Source: Ruditapes philippinarum (Eukaryota). Taken from it: a DNA stretch of 64,000 nt. Position 1 is the first letter of the stretch. Each line of letters opens with the position of its first letter. The translations under genes were made by a program, and so were the position numbers. Shown in pieces: positions 1 through 9,131 of this stretch. The notes beneath the pieces are model-generated. The model searched no databases and was not told where the DNA came from. It saw only the letters and a list, made by a program, of their open reading frames with translations. The DNA is taken from the NCBI RefSeq assembly GCF_026571515.1, contig NW_026859066.1:62001-126000 (forward strand), written 5' to 3'.

Positions 1-1250
1 AAAAAAATAGGGAAGGAGCTCAATTTTTCCAGCATGCTTTTAATTTTTTTATTATTTTTCATTTTTTAGATATTTTTAAATTTTTTGGAATTTGGGAAAA
101 ATTTTCATACATTTATCTGAAGCAAAATCCCAAATTTAAAAAGATCTAGCAGATAAATTACCCGAAGAACGTGCTTCAAAAGTAATCTGACCAATAACCA
201 GGAAACAATATTCGTCTTACTTCAGAAAATGGATTGCATGGTGCGCAACCAGATGAAAATAGCTAAAATATATCCCGCTTTGAATTTTCATTATAATTAG
301 TAATGTTGTTGAACAGTAGTTTCTAATGGCATTGAGTGGGTGCATTATTTTAGTGGAAAAAACCCCATGCGAGTCAAAAACGGTTAATTCAGTTTTAACT
401 GCTGCAAAAAAGTTGTGCGGTTTCACCCAGTATAATAAGAAAAAGCTTTTGACATCTGAAGATATTACAAAAATGTTTACATTTCTTTCCGCCTGACGTA
501 GTAGATTTGTACAAAATTAAGGAACATTAACTTTTGTTGTATAGGTTTTGCCGGATTTCTTTCGCATTTCAGAAATTAAGAAATTTGAAATGTTCTGACG
601 TAAATATTTAAGAAGATCATCGCATTTATTTATGAAAGATCAGTAAAAAGATAAGAACAAAAAAGGAAGAAGTCCTCAGCGAAAAACAGGAAAAAAAACC
701 TGTCCTTAAATACGCTAAAGCCTTTTATTTTAAAAAAGGGGAAATTAAACTAGGCGATGATTTTTTCTATTTGAAAAAATTTCTTTTCAAAAAGCAAAAA
801 AACATTGTTTTAAAAAAAATTTGGGTTTTTTTATACACAAGATTAGGGAATTTTTCCGGGAAGTACTGTCAGAATTGGTTTGGAAACCTGATTTTTACGG
901 CACAAACAGTTTTAAAACGCGGGGGTGCTAACCGGGCCCGGTAACTGGCTTTCAAAAGATTAATTTAAAAAGCCCAAAAAGGAAAGGTTTCAAAATGATA
1001 AAACAAAAAGGTTAAGTTGCCCAAAAATTTTCGGGAAAAAATATCAGTTACACAAAATTAGGAAATTTAAAAATGCTTTTGAAAATTACTATATTATGCT
1101 CTTTCGCATTAAAGAATTGAATTGCCCTTGGTCGTTTTTAAATTATATCTTCAATAATTAAATACTTAACTTTAATCTTGTTTACAGGATTTTATTTTAG
1201 CATTTTAAAATATCAATGATTATTTTTTGATTTCCCCTTCTTTATTTTTC

Positions 1251-2141
1251 GACGGCTTAACGGCATGCCCCTCTAACCTTGTTTTATGTTATGTTTTTTC
1301 TTTAAAGCTGCATGCTTGAATGAAGGTGTATGTTGGAGGATAATAAATAATTTATGCTCATTTGAGAGCATCGAATAAGAGCATAAATTTATTTATTTAC
1401 GGTGCATACACCGTGTCTTTCCACATATGGTAATTCCTCGTGTTTTTAATGGTTATAGTTTTGGCGGTAATTATGCACGATTTTACGTGTAAGTTGATAA
1501 AATATAGTCATTCGAGGCATTACGTTCACGCCGTCCATTTGTGAAATTTCTTTAAATATAATTTTCATATATTACGAAATATCATGAATAAATTTATGTA
1601 TTTAACATTGCCTTAAACAGATTTTTGATATCTTGTTTTATCTATTTCAGATTCTCAGTCTTCGTTTGAACATGGATGTAAAAATTTTAAAAAAAAGGTG
1701 ATTGAAGCAGCCGCTTGTCTAGAGCTTTGGAGCTTCCTACCTCCCCCTCCCAAGACGGAGTAGGGTTGGGTAGCCCGCTCGCAGCATTTCTGACTTTGGC
1801 TTTTTCCAATTATTTTATATTTGATTAATTCTACCTGCGATTGATTAAAAATAGTATTTCTTAGAAATCGAATTTCATTAGGTTTGGTTGGTTGGATCGG
1901 AGAGCAGAGCACGAAAATTTTAGAAGTACACTTGCAGTTTTTCTTCAAGTATTGATCAATGGAGTTGTTTCTTTTGTTTCCTGTAAATCTTTTGTCAAAT
2001 AAACGGGACGGCTTAACGGCATGCCCTCTAACCTTGTTTTATGTTATGTTTTTCTTTAAAGCTGCATGCTTGAATGAAGGTGTATGTTGGAGGATAATAA
2101 ATAATTTATGCTCCTTTGAGAGCATCGAATAAGAGAATAAA
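1251..2141 (+). repeat. Dispersed ~137-bp direct duplication (1251-1387 and 2007-2141)
   Basis: GACGGCTTAACGGCATGCCC...GAGAGCATCGAATAAGAG occurs twice, nearly identical. Copy 1 continues into a hairpin (AATAAATAATTTATGCTC...GAGCATAAATTTATTTATT). Confidence 0.85.
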
Positions 2142-2403
2142 AGGAACTAATTCGCTATATGCTTACAAGGAACTCCGGATATAAGGATATACAGCATTCC
2201 AGTGAAAAAAAAGAAAAACAACTGACTTCAAAAATAATAATGTCTTTAATTAATCTGTGAGTTATATAAAACATCCATTAAACCTCTCCTGTGTAAAATC
2301 AGCTGTTTTTGTTTACATTCTCTCTGCAGGTTAACACTGCATGCTATTTATAGTTCAGGGTTTATAACCGACAGTTTTACATCACTGATTAGTCAGGAAA
2401 AGA

Positions 2404-2462
2404 GTCAACTCGGCCCTATACCAACTCGGCACGGGTCAACTCGGCACGGGTCAACTCGGCCC
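2404..2462 (+). repeat. Short tandem array of CAACTCGGC (4 copies, ~15-bp period), probably a subterminal repeat of a DNA transposon
   Basis: gtCAACTCGGCcctatacCAACTCGGCacgggtCAACTCGGCacgggtCAACTCGGCcc is read directly; the transposon origin is inference. Confidence 0.6.
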
Positions 2463-2912
2463 ACTTTACAAAAATATATAGGCCTATATCGTATTGACTT
2501 TGCTTTGCATGTTGTTAAGGTAAATGAATAATAAGAAATATTTTATTATTATTATATAATTATACACTGTACCTCTGCTGAAATAAAGTATATTTAGAAA
2601 AAAAAGTTATTTATTTGTCTTGCAGATTATTAGATAAAATTAATATAGACACAGGCACGATTATCGAACCTGGGAAGAAAAAATATGAACAGATTGATAA
2701 AATAACTTCATATTTTTACTTCCCAGGTCCGATACTTGTGCCTGTGAATATAGATATAATAAAAATGTGTTTCCTTAGATGCATTTTGTTTGTAAAGTAA
2801 TGTTGCCCCTTTAAGCAGATAATACTTCATGCCTTGAAAATGATTTTTAGATATCTTTTCTCATTGCATGAAGGGGGACCAGGAACCAAAAACTCTTTAA
2901 GTTAAATATTAA

Positions 2913-3247
2913 AGCAGCACGCCTCCAGATTCATGTTAATTTTCATAAAAATTTTGGAATTGTATTTAAAAGTAAAATATTGTGAGGTGAACAAGTAAAG
3001 CAATTTACATATTACAATCGGCACTTACAATCCAAGGAAACTACCAAAAAGTGCAAAAACAACCTTTACTGCAAAAGTAACGCAGTAGAAATCAAATATA
3101 TGATAAAATACTGCAAAAGCAGTTTTAAACAGCCTATAGCATGTAAATATCCTTTGGATCTTGAATGTTTTCACCTTTTTTTGAAATTTTAGTATACCAT
3201 ATTTTTCTAAATATTGATTTTTTTGGCTCATCTGGAGGCGTGCAGCT
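2913..3247. mobile_element. Non-autonomous TIR element (MITE), Kolobok-like
   Basis: 18-bp TIRs AGCAGCACGCCTCCAGAT / ATCTGGAGGCGTGCAGCT (17/18 match). TTAA on both sides (2909-2912, 3248-3251). AG..CT termini with a TTAA TSD are typical of Kolobok. Confidence 0.8.
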
Positions 3248-3444
3248 TTAATATACAATGTTTAATTGAACTTTTTATGTAATTGAACTAATTATTCAAA
3301 ATAACTTTATAGTTTTAAATGGAGTAATGATAATTGCATGGTTTAGACCATTAAGTGGGACAATGTAAGATGTAGCAAGTAAACAGTCATTCATTAACAT
3401 TTACAAATTTGGTCTTAAACAGAATATTATCATATAAATGTATC

Positions 3445-3866
3445 TACCTAACAGGGCAGAGATCACAACAGTCAGTGTCTTCAGGCATATGGCCAGAGAT
3501 GAGCTAACTGTCATCTTTATGATTTTTTTGTTAATTCATCCACTTCCTTGCAGATGTACTTTTTCCCGTTGGGATACGTTTTTATTTTGAATGTATCTTT
3601 GGTCATTGAATACATGTTTTCATTTAGTCTTCTGCAAAAGTAGAGGCGGATGTTCATTTGAACCCGATTCAGTAATCCTGTCTGAGTATTTGGAGAAGAC
3701 ACTGTGATACAATTTCACGAGATCACTGTCTTCAATTTTAGGATAATGGTCGACAGACCCTTTTCCAGATCTTTTAATTTCTGACTGTGCTGCCTTGTAC
3801 GCTTCATTAGCAACTGCGAATTCAGGGCTACTTATTATGTCAAAAGGTTTACTGTGTGGTGGTAAT
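3445..3866 (-). pseudogene. Crypton-type tyrosine recombinase (DUF3504-like) fragment
   Basis: Frameshifted ORFs 3620-3943 and 3517-3702 join as PPHSKPFDIISSPEFAVANEAYKAAQSEIKRSGKGSVDHYPKIEDSDLVKLY...GLLNRVQMNIRLYFCRRLNENMYSMTKDTF...DELTK(NH)...GHMPE...LCPV. This matches my recollection of the Crypton/ZMYM-KCTD1 DUF3504 pattern (FDII..EF..AN; LYFCRRG.EN; DELTKNH; CPV). Confidence 0.75.
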
Positions 3867-4395
3867 ATGATAATATGGTGATATGCCTTCTTCATTTCAG
3901 CTACTATGAGCAAACATTTTTTGAAGATGCTACCACAAGACATCTCCTGAAGGGTTTCACAGCAGATTCAGCTCGTGGCGTATCACCTCTGAGTGAATCC
4001 GATAAAAATAAGCTTCTGTCGTCAGTGAAGAAAGTTTCTGAGCCACTGTTTGATATTATCAACGAGATTGATGGTAACCCAACACTGCTACCATTGTATC
4101 GTATAGTTTTGTACAGCATTGCCTTTCCATCTCCAGTAATGTATGTTCTTTTGTTCGCCCATGTAACCCAGTAGAATCCCTGGTAAAAGCTATTGTTTCA
4201 GGGATTAACATCAGGGAAGAACCTTTGATGTGGAAAACTGTTCATAATTTTTTACCCGTATTATTTGAGGTTTTCGAAAATCAAAATGTTACTCCAAATA
4301 TGCAGCTACTGGTTAACCAACTGTGGAATATTGCAGTGTCACCATTTATATATGCAAAAGAGGATCATCAAAAATCAACCTTGACCTACAGTCAG

Positions 4396-4614
4396 TGTAG
4401 TATGTTTACCATACTGTTATCTTGAAACAGACTATAGCTAGTCTATACATGTAACCTGGCTGGAATTATCCGTCAGTCGTTGACCAGCTACACTTGTAGT
4501 AAGATCGCTTGATCATATCTTTATATTACTAGTCTTGTAAATAAACTGTATATATATGTATATCGGACTTTGTTATTATACTTGACTTTATTATATAGTT
4601 ACAACGATACAACA
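4396..4614 (+). repeat. 5' LTR of the Gypsy element
   Basis: TGTAGTATG...GATACAACA; no differences from 8913-9131 on manual comparison. Confidence 0.97.
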
Positions 4615-4625
4615 TGGTGTCAGAA
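4615..4625 (+). promoter_or_regulatory. Primer-binding site (tRNA-Leu type)
   Basis: TGGTGTCAGAA directly follows the LTR and is complementary to the ...TTCTGACACCA 3' end of tRNA-Leu(CAA). Confidence 0.8.
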
Positions 4626-4691
4626 ATTTTGTGGATTTAATAACTACTGTATTATTTAACAACGTGTATTTAAAGTGGATATTTAATAGAC

Positions 4692-6083
4692 ATGGACATG
4701 TCTGGAATTACACCGCCCAGAATGGACTGGGATAGTTCGAATCTGCCTGAAACATGGGAAAGATTCCACAGGCATGTAGAATTAATTTTCAACGGACCGT
4801 TGAAAGGAAAAGAAGAAGAAGAAAAAATTGCGTATCTCCTAATATGGGTAGATGAGAAAGGGAGAGACATCCAACAAGCTTGGAACTTATCAGCAGACGA
4901 CAAAAAGAAATTAAACATCCAGTATGAAAAATTCAAAGAACACGTACAACCAACGCTTAATCCTGTATTTGCCAGGTATCGTTTCAATAATGAAACACAA
5001 GGATCCGACTCGATTGACAAATTCGTAACACGCCTAAGGCTCCGTGCTAAAGACTGCAGATACGGCGGCATGGAAGACGAGTTAATTCGTGACCGCATCG
5101 TTTTTGGCACGAACAATTCAAGAATTCGTGAGAAATTAATAAATGAGGGAGAAAAACTAACTCTAACAAAAGCCGTTCAAATTTCTCAGAATTTCGAATA
5201 CTGTCAACAGCAAATGGCGACAATGAGCATCGGTGACAGGCAATCACAATATCACACCGGTAATGTAGACGCTATACGGAGAAGACGCCCCGAACAGCCT
5301 ACACACCAACGGAGAGAATACGCACCTCTTCCTGTGAAGCAATGTGGAAATTGTGGACAAAAACATGATTTGAGAGACAGAACTGTTTGTCCCGCATATG
5401 GAAAAACTTGCTTAAAGTGTAAAAAATTGAATCATTTCAAGAAAACGTGTCGCGCTAAAACTAGAGTGCATGACATTGAACAAAGTTATTTTAATGGTTT
5501 AAGTGCTGTGGGACCATGTGATACTCATTTTGAGGAGAGATCACAATACTTCATTGATACGGTAAGCGCTTCATTTTCACCACACAAAACTCCAGACCGT
5601 GCTTTTGTTTCCCTCCAAATCGGCCCAGAAAAGCTGCGCTTAACATTCAAAATTGATACCGGAAGCGCATTAAACATAATCTCGCGCCAAATCTATAATC
5701 AGCTCAGACTGAATTTCCCACTTGAACCCCCGGACAGTAAACTTACTTCATATTCAGGGGATCTCATTAAAGTTCAGGGAAAGGTCACGTTGCAGTGCAC
5801 CTATAGAGAAACTAAAATCAATACAACTTTCTATGTAGTAGACACTTCCGCCCCATCTCTTATAGGTTTAAAGTCAAGCCTCGACCTAGGTTTATTAAAC
5901 CTTACCTACTCAGTAGATAAATCGCCAGTACATAATATTGAGCTCATGACCAAACAAATAGTTATGTCTGACTATGGGGACTTATTCAAAGGTATTGGTA
6001 AACTTCCCGGTAAATGTAAATTACATGTAAAAGAAACTGCGGTTCCTACAGGTAACCCCCTCGCAAAGTACCAGAGGCACTGA
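4692..6083 (+). CDS. gag: Gag + aspartic protease (N-terminal part of Gag-Pol)
   Basis: IRDRIVFG motif, two CCHC knuckles (CGNCGQKH..C, CLKCKKLNHFKKTC), protease FKIDTGS. One extra C at the C5 run near 6056-6060 would join it in frame to pol (NPPRKVP). Confidence 0.9.
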   Translation: MDMSGITPPRMDWDSSNLPETWERFHRHVELIFNGPLKGKEEEEKIAYLLIWVDEKGRDIQQAWNLSADDKKKLNIQYEKFKEHVQPTLNPVFARYRFNNETQGSDSIDKFVTRLRLRAKDCRYGGMEDELIRDRIVFGTNNSRIREKLINEGEKLTLTKAVQISQNFEYCQQQMATMSIGDRQSQYHTGNVDAIRRRRPEQPTHQRREYAPLPVKQCGNCGQKHDLRDRTVCPAYGKTCLKCKKLNHFKKTCRAKTRVHDIEQSYFNGLSAVGPCDTHFEERSQYFIDTVSASFSPHKTPDRAFVSLQIGPEKLRLTFKIDTGSALNIISRQIYNQLRLNFPLEPPDSKLTSYSGDLIKVQGKVTLQCTYRETKINTTFYVVDTSAPSLIGLKSSLDLGLLNLTYSVDKSPVHNIELMTKQIVMSDYGDLFKGIGKLPGKCKLHVKETAVPTGNPLAKYQRH

Positions 6084-6112
6084 AAAACAGGCTTAAACAA
6101 GAACTTTCACGT

Positions 6113-8671
6113 ATGGAAAGTGATAAAATAATTGTCAAGGTTACAGAACCCACAGACTGGGTAAATTCTATCGTGGTTGTTGAAAAACCAAAAACTGGCC
6201 AACTTAGAATATGTATAGATCCGAAAGCGTTAAATGACGCAATCTGCAGGCCCCATTATCCGATGCCTACACTGGAAGATGTGACGGCTAATCTCACAGG
6301 TGCGTCACACTTCAGTATACTTGACATCACTCATGCATATTGGAGTGTAGAATTAGAGAAAGAATCGTCAATGTTGACAACTTTCTCGACGCCATTTGGC
6401 AGATATCGCTACTTAAGGCTGCCATTTGGCATATCTTCATCTGGCGACATTTTTCAACAAAAGGTATACGAAATATTTCAAGGTCTGCCAGGCGTTCACG
6501 CTATTGTTGACGACATACTTATTTGTGGTCGCACAAAAGAAGAGCATAACGCAAACTTGCGTAACACCCTTGATCGCGCACGGGAGGTAGGAATTAGGTT
6601 TAACCCTGATAAATGCATCATAGGTGTTCCTGAAGTTCAATTTTTCGGACACATTATCTCAACCCAAGGCTTAAAGCCCGACCCAAGCAAAATCGAAGCC
6701 ATCACGAGGCTTGAAATCCCAAACACACGTGCTAAGCTTGAAACGTTTCTAGGGATGGTCAATTATATGGCAAAATTCGCGCCAAACTTGGCTGAGGTCA
6801 CTTCCCCTCTGCGTAGCCTCATGCAAAAGGATGTTGAGTTCACATGGGAAAATTCCCACACTCAAGCATTTCAGGAGGTCAAAAATATCATTACGAATGC
6901 CCCAGTTCTTGGTTACTTCGACCCAGACAAACAACTTGTCCTTGAGTGCGACTCGAGCCAGAATGGAACTGGTTGTTGTCTCATGCAAGGAGGCAGACCA
7001 ATTGCATACGCATCAAAAAGTTTCACTAATACTGAAAAAATGTATGCGCAAATTGAGAAAGAAATGTTAGCCATTGTTTTTGGCTGTAAGCGATTCCATC
7101 AATTTACATATGGAAGACCCATAATTGTTAAAAGCGATCATAAACCGATCGAGTCAATTATGAAAAAACCCCTTTCGGCGGCCCCTCCTAGACTTCAGAG
7201 AATGCTGCTGCAGTTACAAAAGTACAAAGTAACTGTAGAGCATGTTAGCGGTAAGAATATACCGGTCAGCGATTTTTTATCGCGACATTCACTACCTGAA
7301 ACAATGCCTACATTGATTGAAGGTCTCGATCTGCATGTACATTCAATTACGAAACAGTTGTTCGTTACTGATAGACGTTTAGATATCATTAGGCAAGCTA
7401 TTACGCAAGACAAATCCATGCAGATATTGAAACAAACTATACTAGCAGGCTGGCCTGAAATGAGGTCACAGTGCATCCCAGAAATAACCGAATTCTGGAA
7501 TCACCGGGACGAATTATCAGTGGAAGATTCCTTGATATTTCGTGGTCAAAAGGTCATAATACCACATAACCTTCGCCAGGAAATGCTGACGCAGGTTCAC
7601 ACAGGTCACTTAGGCGTTACCAAAACTATTGAACGCGCGAAAGATAACATGTTTTGGCCAGGAATGGCAAAACAAATCACAGATTATGTTTTAAAATGTC
7701 CTATCTGCTTAAAACATAGAGATTCAAATGCGAAAGAGCCGTTGCTCCCGCATGAATTTCCAAGCCGACCCTTTGAAAAAATAGGGACTGATATTTTCCA
7801 GTTTGATGGAAAGCAATATCTTGTCACAATCGATTATTACAGTCGATTTTTTGAAATAGACTTATTACCTGATACAAGGTCAGGCACAGTTATCCAAAAA
7901 CTGAGAGTACATATGTCGCGTTATGGTATATGCGATATATTAATCAGTGACAATGGACCTCAATTTTCCTCGCAAGAATTTGAAGATTTCACGCGCGAGT
8001 GGAAATTTGAGCATAAAACATCTTCTCCATATTTTCCAAGATCAAATGGTATGGCAGAGAAAGCTGTTTCAATTGCTAAAAGGTTACTTACTAAAGCAAA
8101 AGAAAGTGGTCACAACCCGTATACAGCTTTGCTCGAATACAGAAATACCCCCCTCGACTGTGGTTTTACACCAGCGCAGTTACTTATGGGTCGTAGAACT
8201 AAGTCAATTCTCCCAATCACACCCAAACTGTTACAACCTAAAACCATATCTTCTTCCCTCGTCATAAAAAATAACGATAGGTCAAAGTTTACGCAAAAGA
8301 AAAATCACGACAAAAACGCCAAGCCCCTATGCCCCCTTTATGTAAATGACTCTGTTAGAATACGTTCAGGAAAAATTTGGGAACCAGCCAAAATCATCAA
8401 TAAACATGATGAAAGGTCATATTCCGTTGTTACACAAGATGGAACTGTATATCGTCGTAACAGGCAACATCTTTTGAAAACAGAGGAAAATTTCTCACAC
8501 TTTGACCCCATGCAACTCAATATTTTTGCTGATCCTGTTATAAGTAAAGAGCAAACATGTGTAAACAATCAAGATCAGATTAACCCCAATACTGAAGGCC
8601 CTTATATAACACGGTCAGGGAGAGTGGTGAAAAGCAATCAGCGCTATTCAAGTAGTCAGTGGGTGAAATAA
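6113..8671 (+). CDS. pol: Pol: reverse transcriptase, RNase H, integrase
   Basis: RT (LRICID, LPFG, IVDDIL), RNase H (CDSSQNG, YAQIEKE, SDHKP), integrase HHCC and D,D35E (GTD, SDNGPQF, NGMAEKAV). Confidence 0.95.
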   Translation: MESDKIIVKVTEPTDWVNSIVVVEKPKTGQLRICIDPKALNDAICRPHYPMPTLEDVTANLTGASHFSILDITHAYWSVELEKESSMLTTFSTPFGRYRYLRLPFGISSSGDIFQQKVYEIFQGLPGVHAIVDDILICGRTKEEHNANLRNTLDRAREVGIRFNPDKCIIGVPEVQFFGHIISTQGLKPDPSKIEAITRLEIPNTRAKLETFLGMVNYMAKFAPNLAEVTSPLRSLMQKDVEFTWENSHTQAFQEVKNIITNAPVLGYFDPDKQLVLECDSSQNGTGCCLMQGGRPIAYASKSFTNTEKMYAQIEKEMLAIVFGCKRFHQFTYGRPIIVKSDHKPIESIMKKPLSAAPPRLQRMLLQLQKYKVTVEHVSGKNIPVSDFLSRHSLPETMPTLIEGLDLHVHSITKQLFVTDRRLDIIRQAITQDKSMQILKQTILAGWPEMRSQCIPEITEFWNHRDELSVEDSLIFRGQKVIIPHNLRQEMLTQVHTGHLGVTKTIERAKDNMFWPGMAKQITDYVLKCPICLKHRDSNAKEPLLPHEFPSRPFEKIGTDIFQFDGKQYLVTIDYYSRFFEIDLLPDTRSGTVIQKLRVHMSRYGICDILISDNGPQFSSQEFEDFTREWKFEHKTSSPYFPRSNGMAEKAVSIAKRLLTKAKESGHNPYTALLEYRNTPLDCGFTPAQLLMGRRTKSILPITPKLLQPKTISSSLVIKNNDRSKFTQKKNHDKNAKPLCPLYVNDSVRIRSGKIWEPAKIINKHDERSYSVVTQDGTVYRRNRQHLLKTEENFSHFDPMQLNIFADPVISKEQTCVNNQDQINPNTEGPYITRSGRVVKSNQRYSSSQWVK

Positions 8672-8900
8672 ACATCATAAACATATCATTTTACCTTTCA
8701 CACCACTTGTTGTACTCTAATCAAAACAAATTATTATTTTGATATGTACTATAATTTTTTATAGATTTTATTCATTTCTGAACATACAATGTTTCATCTA
8801 TATTTAATTTTCTGAATGAAAAAGTGCTAGTTGTTTTACACCTTATTACAATTATGAATTGATTTCTGATAATAAAAGAATATTATTTTTTTTAATACTT

Positions 8901-8912
8901 AAAGAAGGGAGA
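8901..8912 (+). promoter_or_regulatory. Polypurine tract
   Basis: AAAGAAGGGAGA immediately precedes the 3' LTR. Confidence 0.9.
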
Positions 8913-9131
8913 TGTAGTATGTTTACCATACTGTTATCTTGAAACAGACTATAGCTAGTCTATACATGTAACCTGGCTGGAATTATCCGTCAGTCGTTGA
9001 CCAGCTACACTTGTAGTAAGATCGCTTGATCATATCTTTATATTACTAGTCTTGTAAATAAACTGTATATATATGTATATCGGACTTTGTTATTATACTT
9101 GACTTTATTATATAGTTACAACGATACAACA
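8913..9131 (+). repeat. 3' LTR of the Gypsy element
   Basis: Identical to 4396-4614 and followed by the TSD GTCAG. Confidence 0.97.

Larger units (their letters stand above)
4396..9131 (+). mobile_element. Full-length Ty3/Gypsy (Mag-like) LTR retrotransposon
   Basis: Identical 219-bp TG..CA LTRs, 5-bp TSD GTCAG (4391-4395, 9132-9136), PBS, PPT, and domain order gag-PR-RT-RH-INT. Confidence 0.97.

Noticed and set aside
6050-6113. Programmed ribosomal frameshift between gag and pol
   Set aside because: The break is downstream of the protease in a C-run with no canonical slippery heptamer; a 1-bp deletion or sequencing error is simpler.
4670-8568. Antisense and alternate-frame ORFs within the Gypsy element (likewise within the BEL element and LINE)
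   Set aside because: They are shadow ORFs of gag-pol with no independent motifs.
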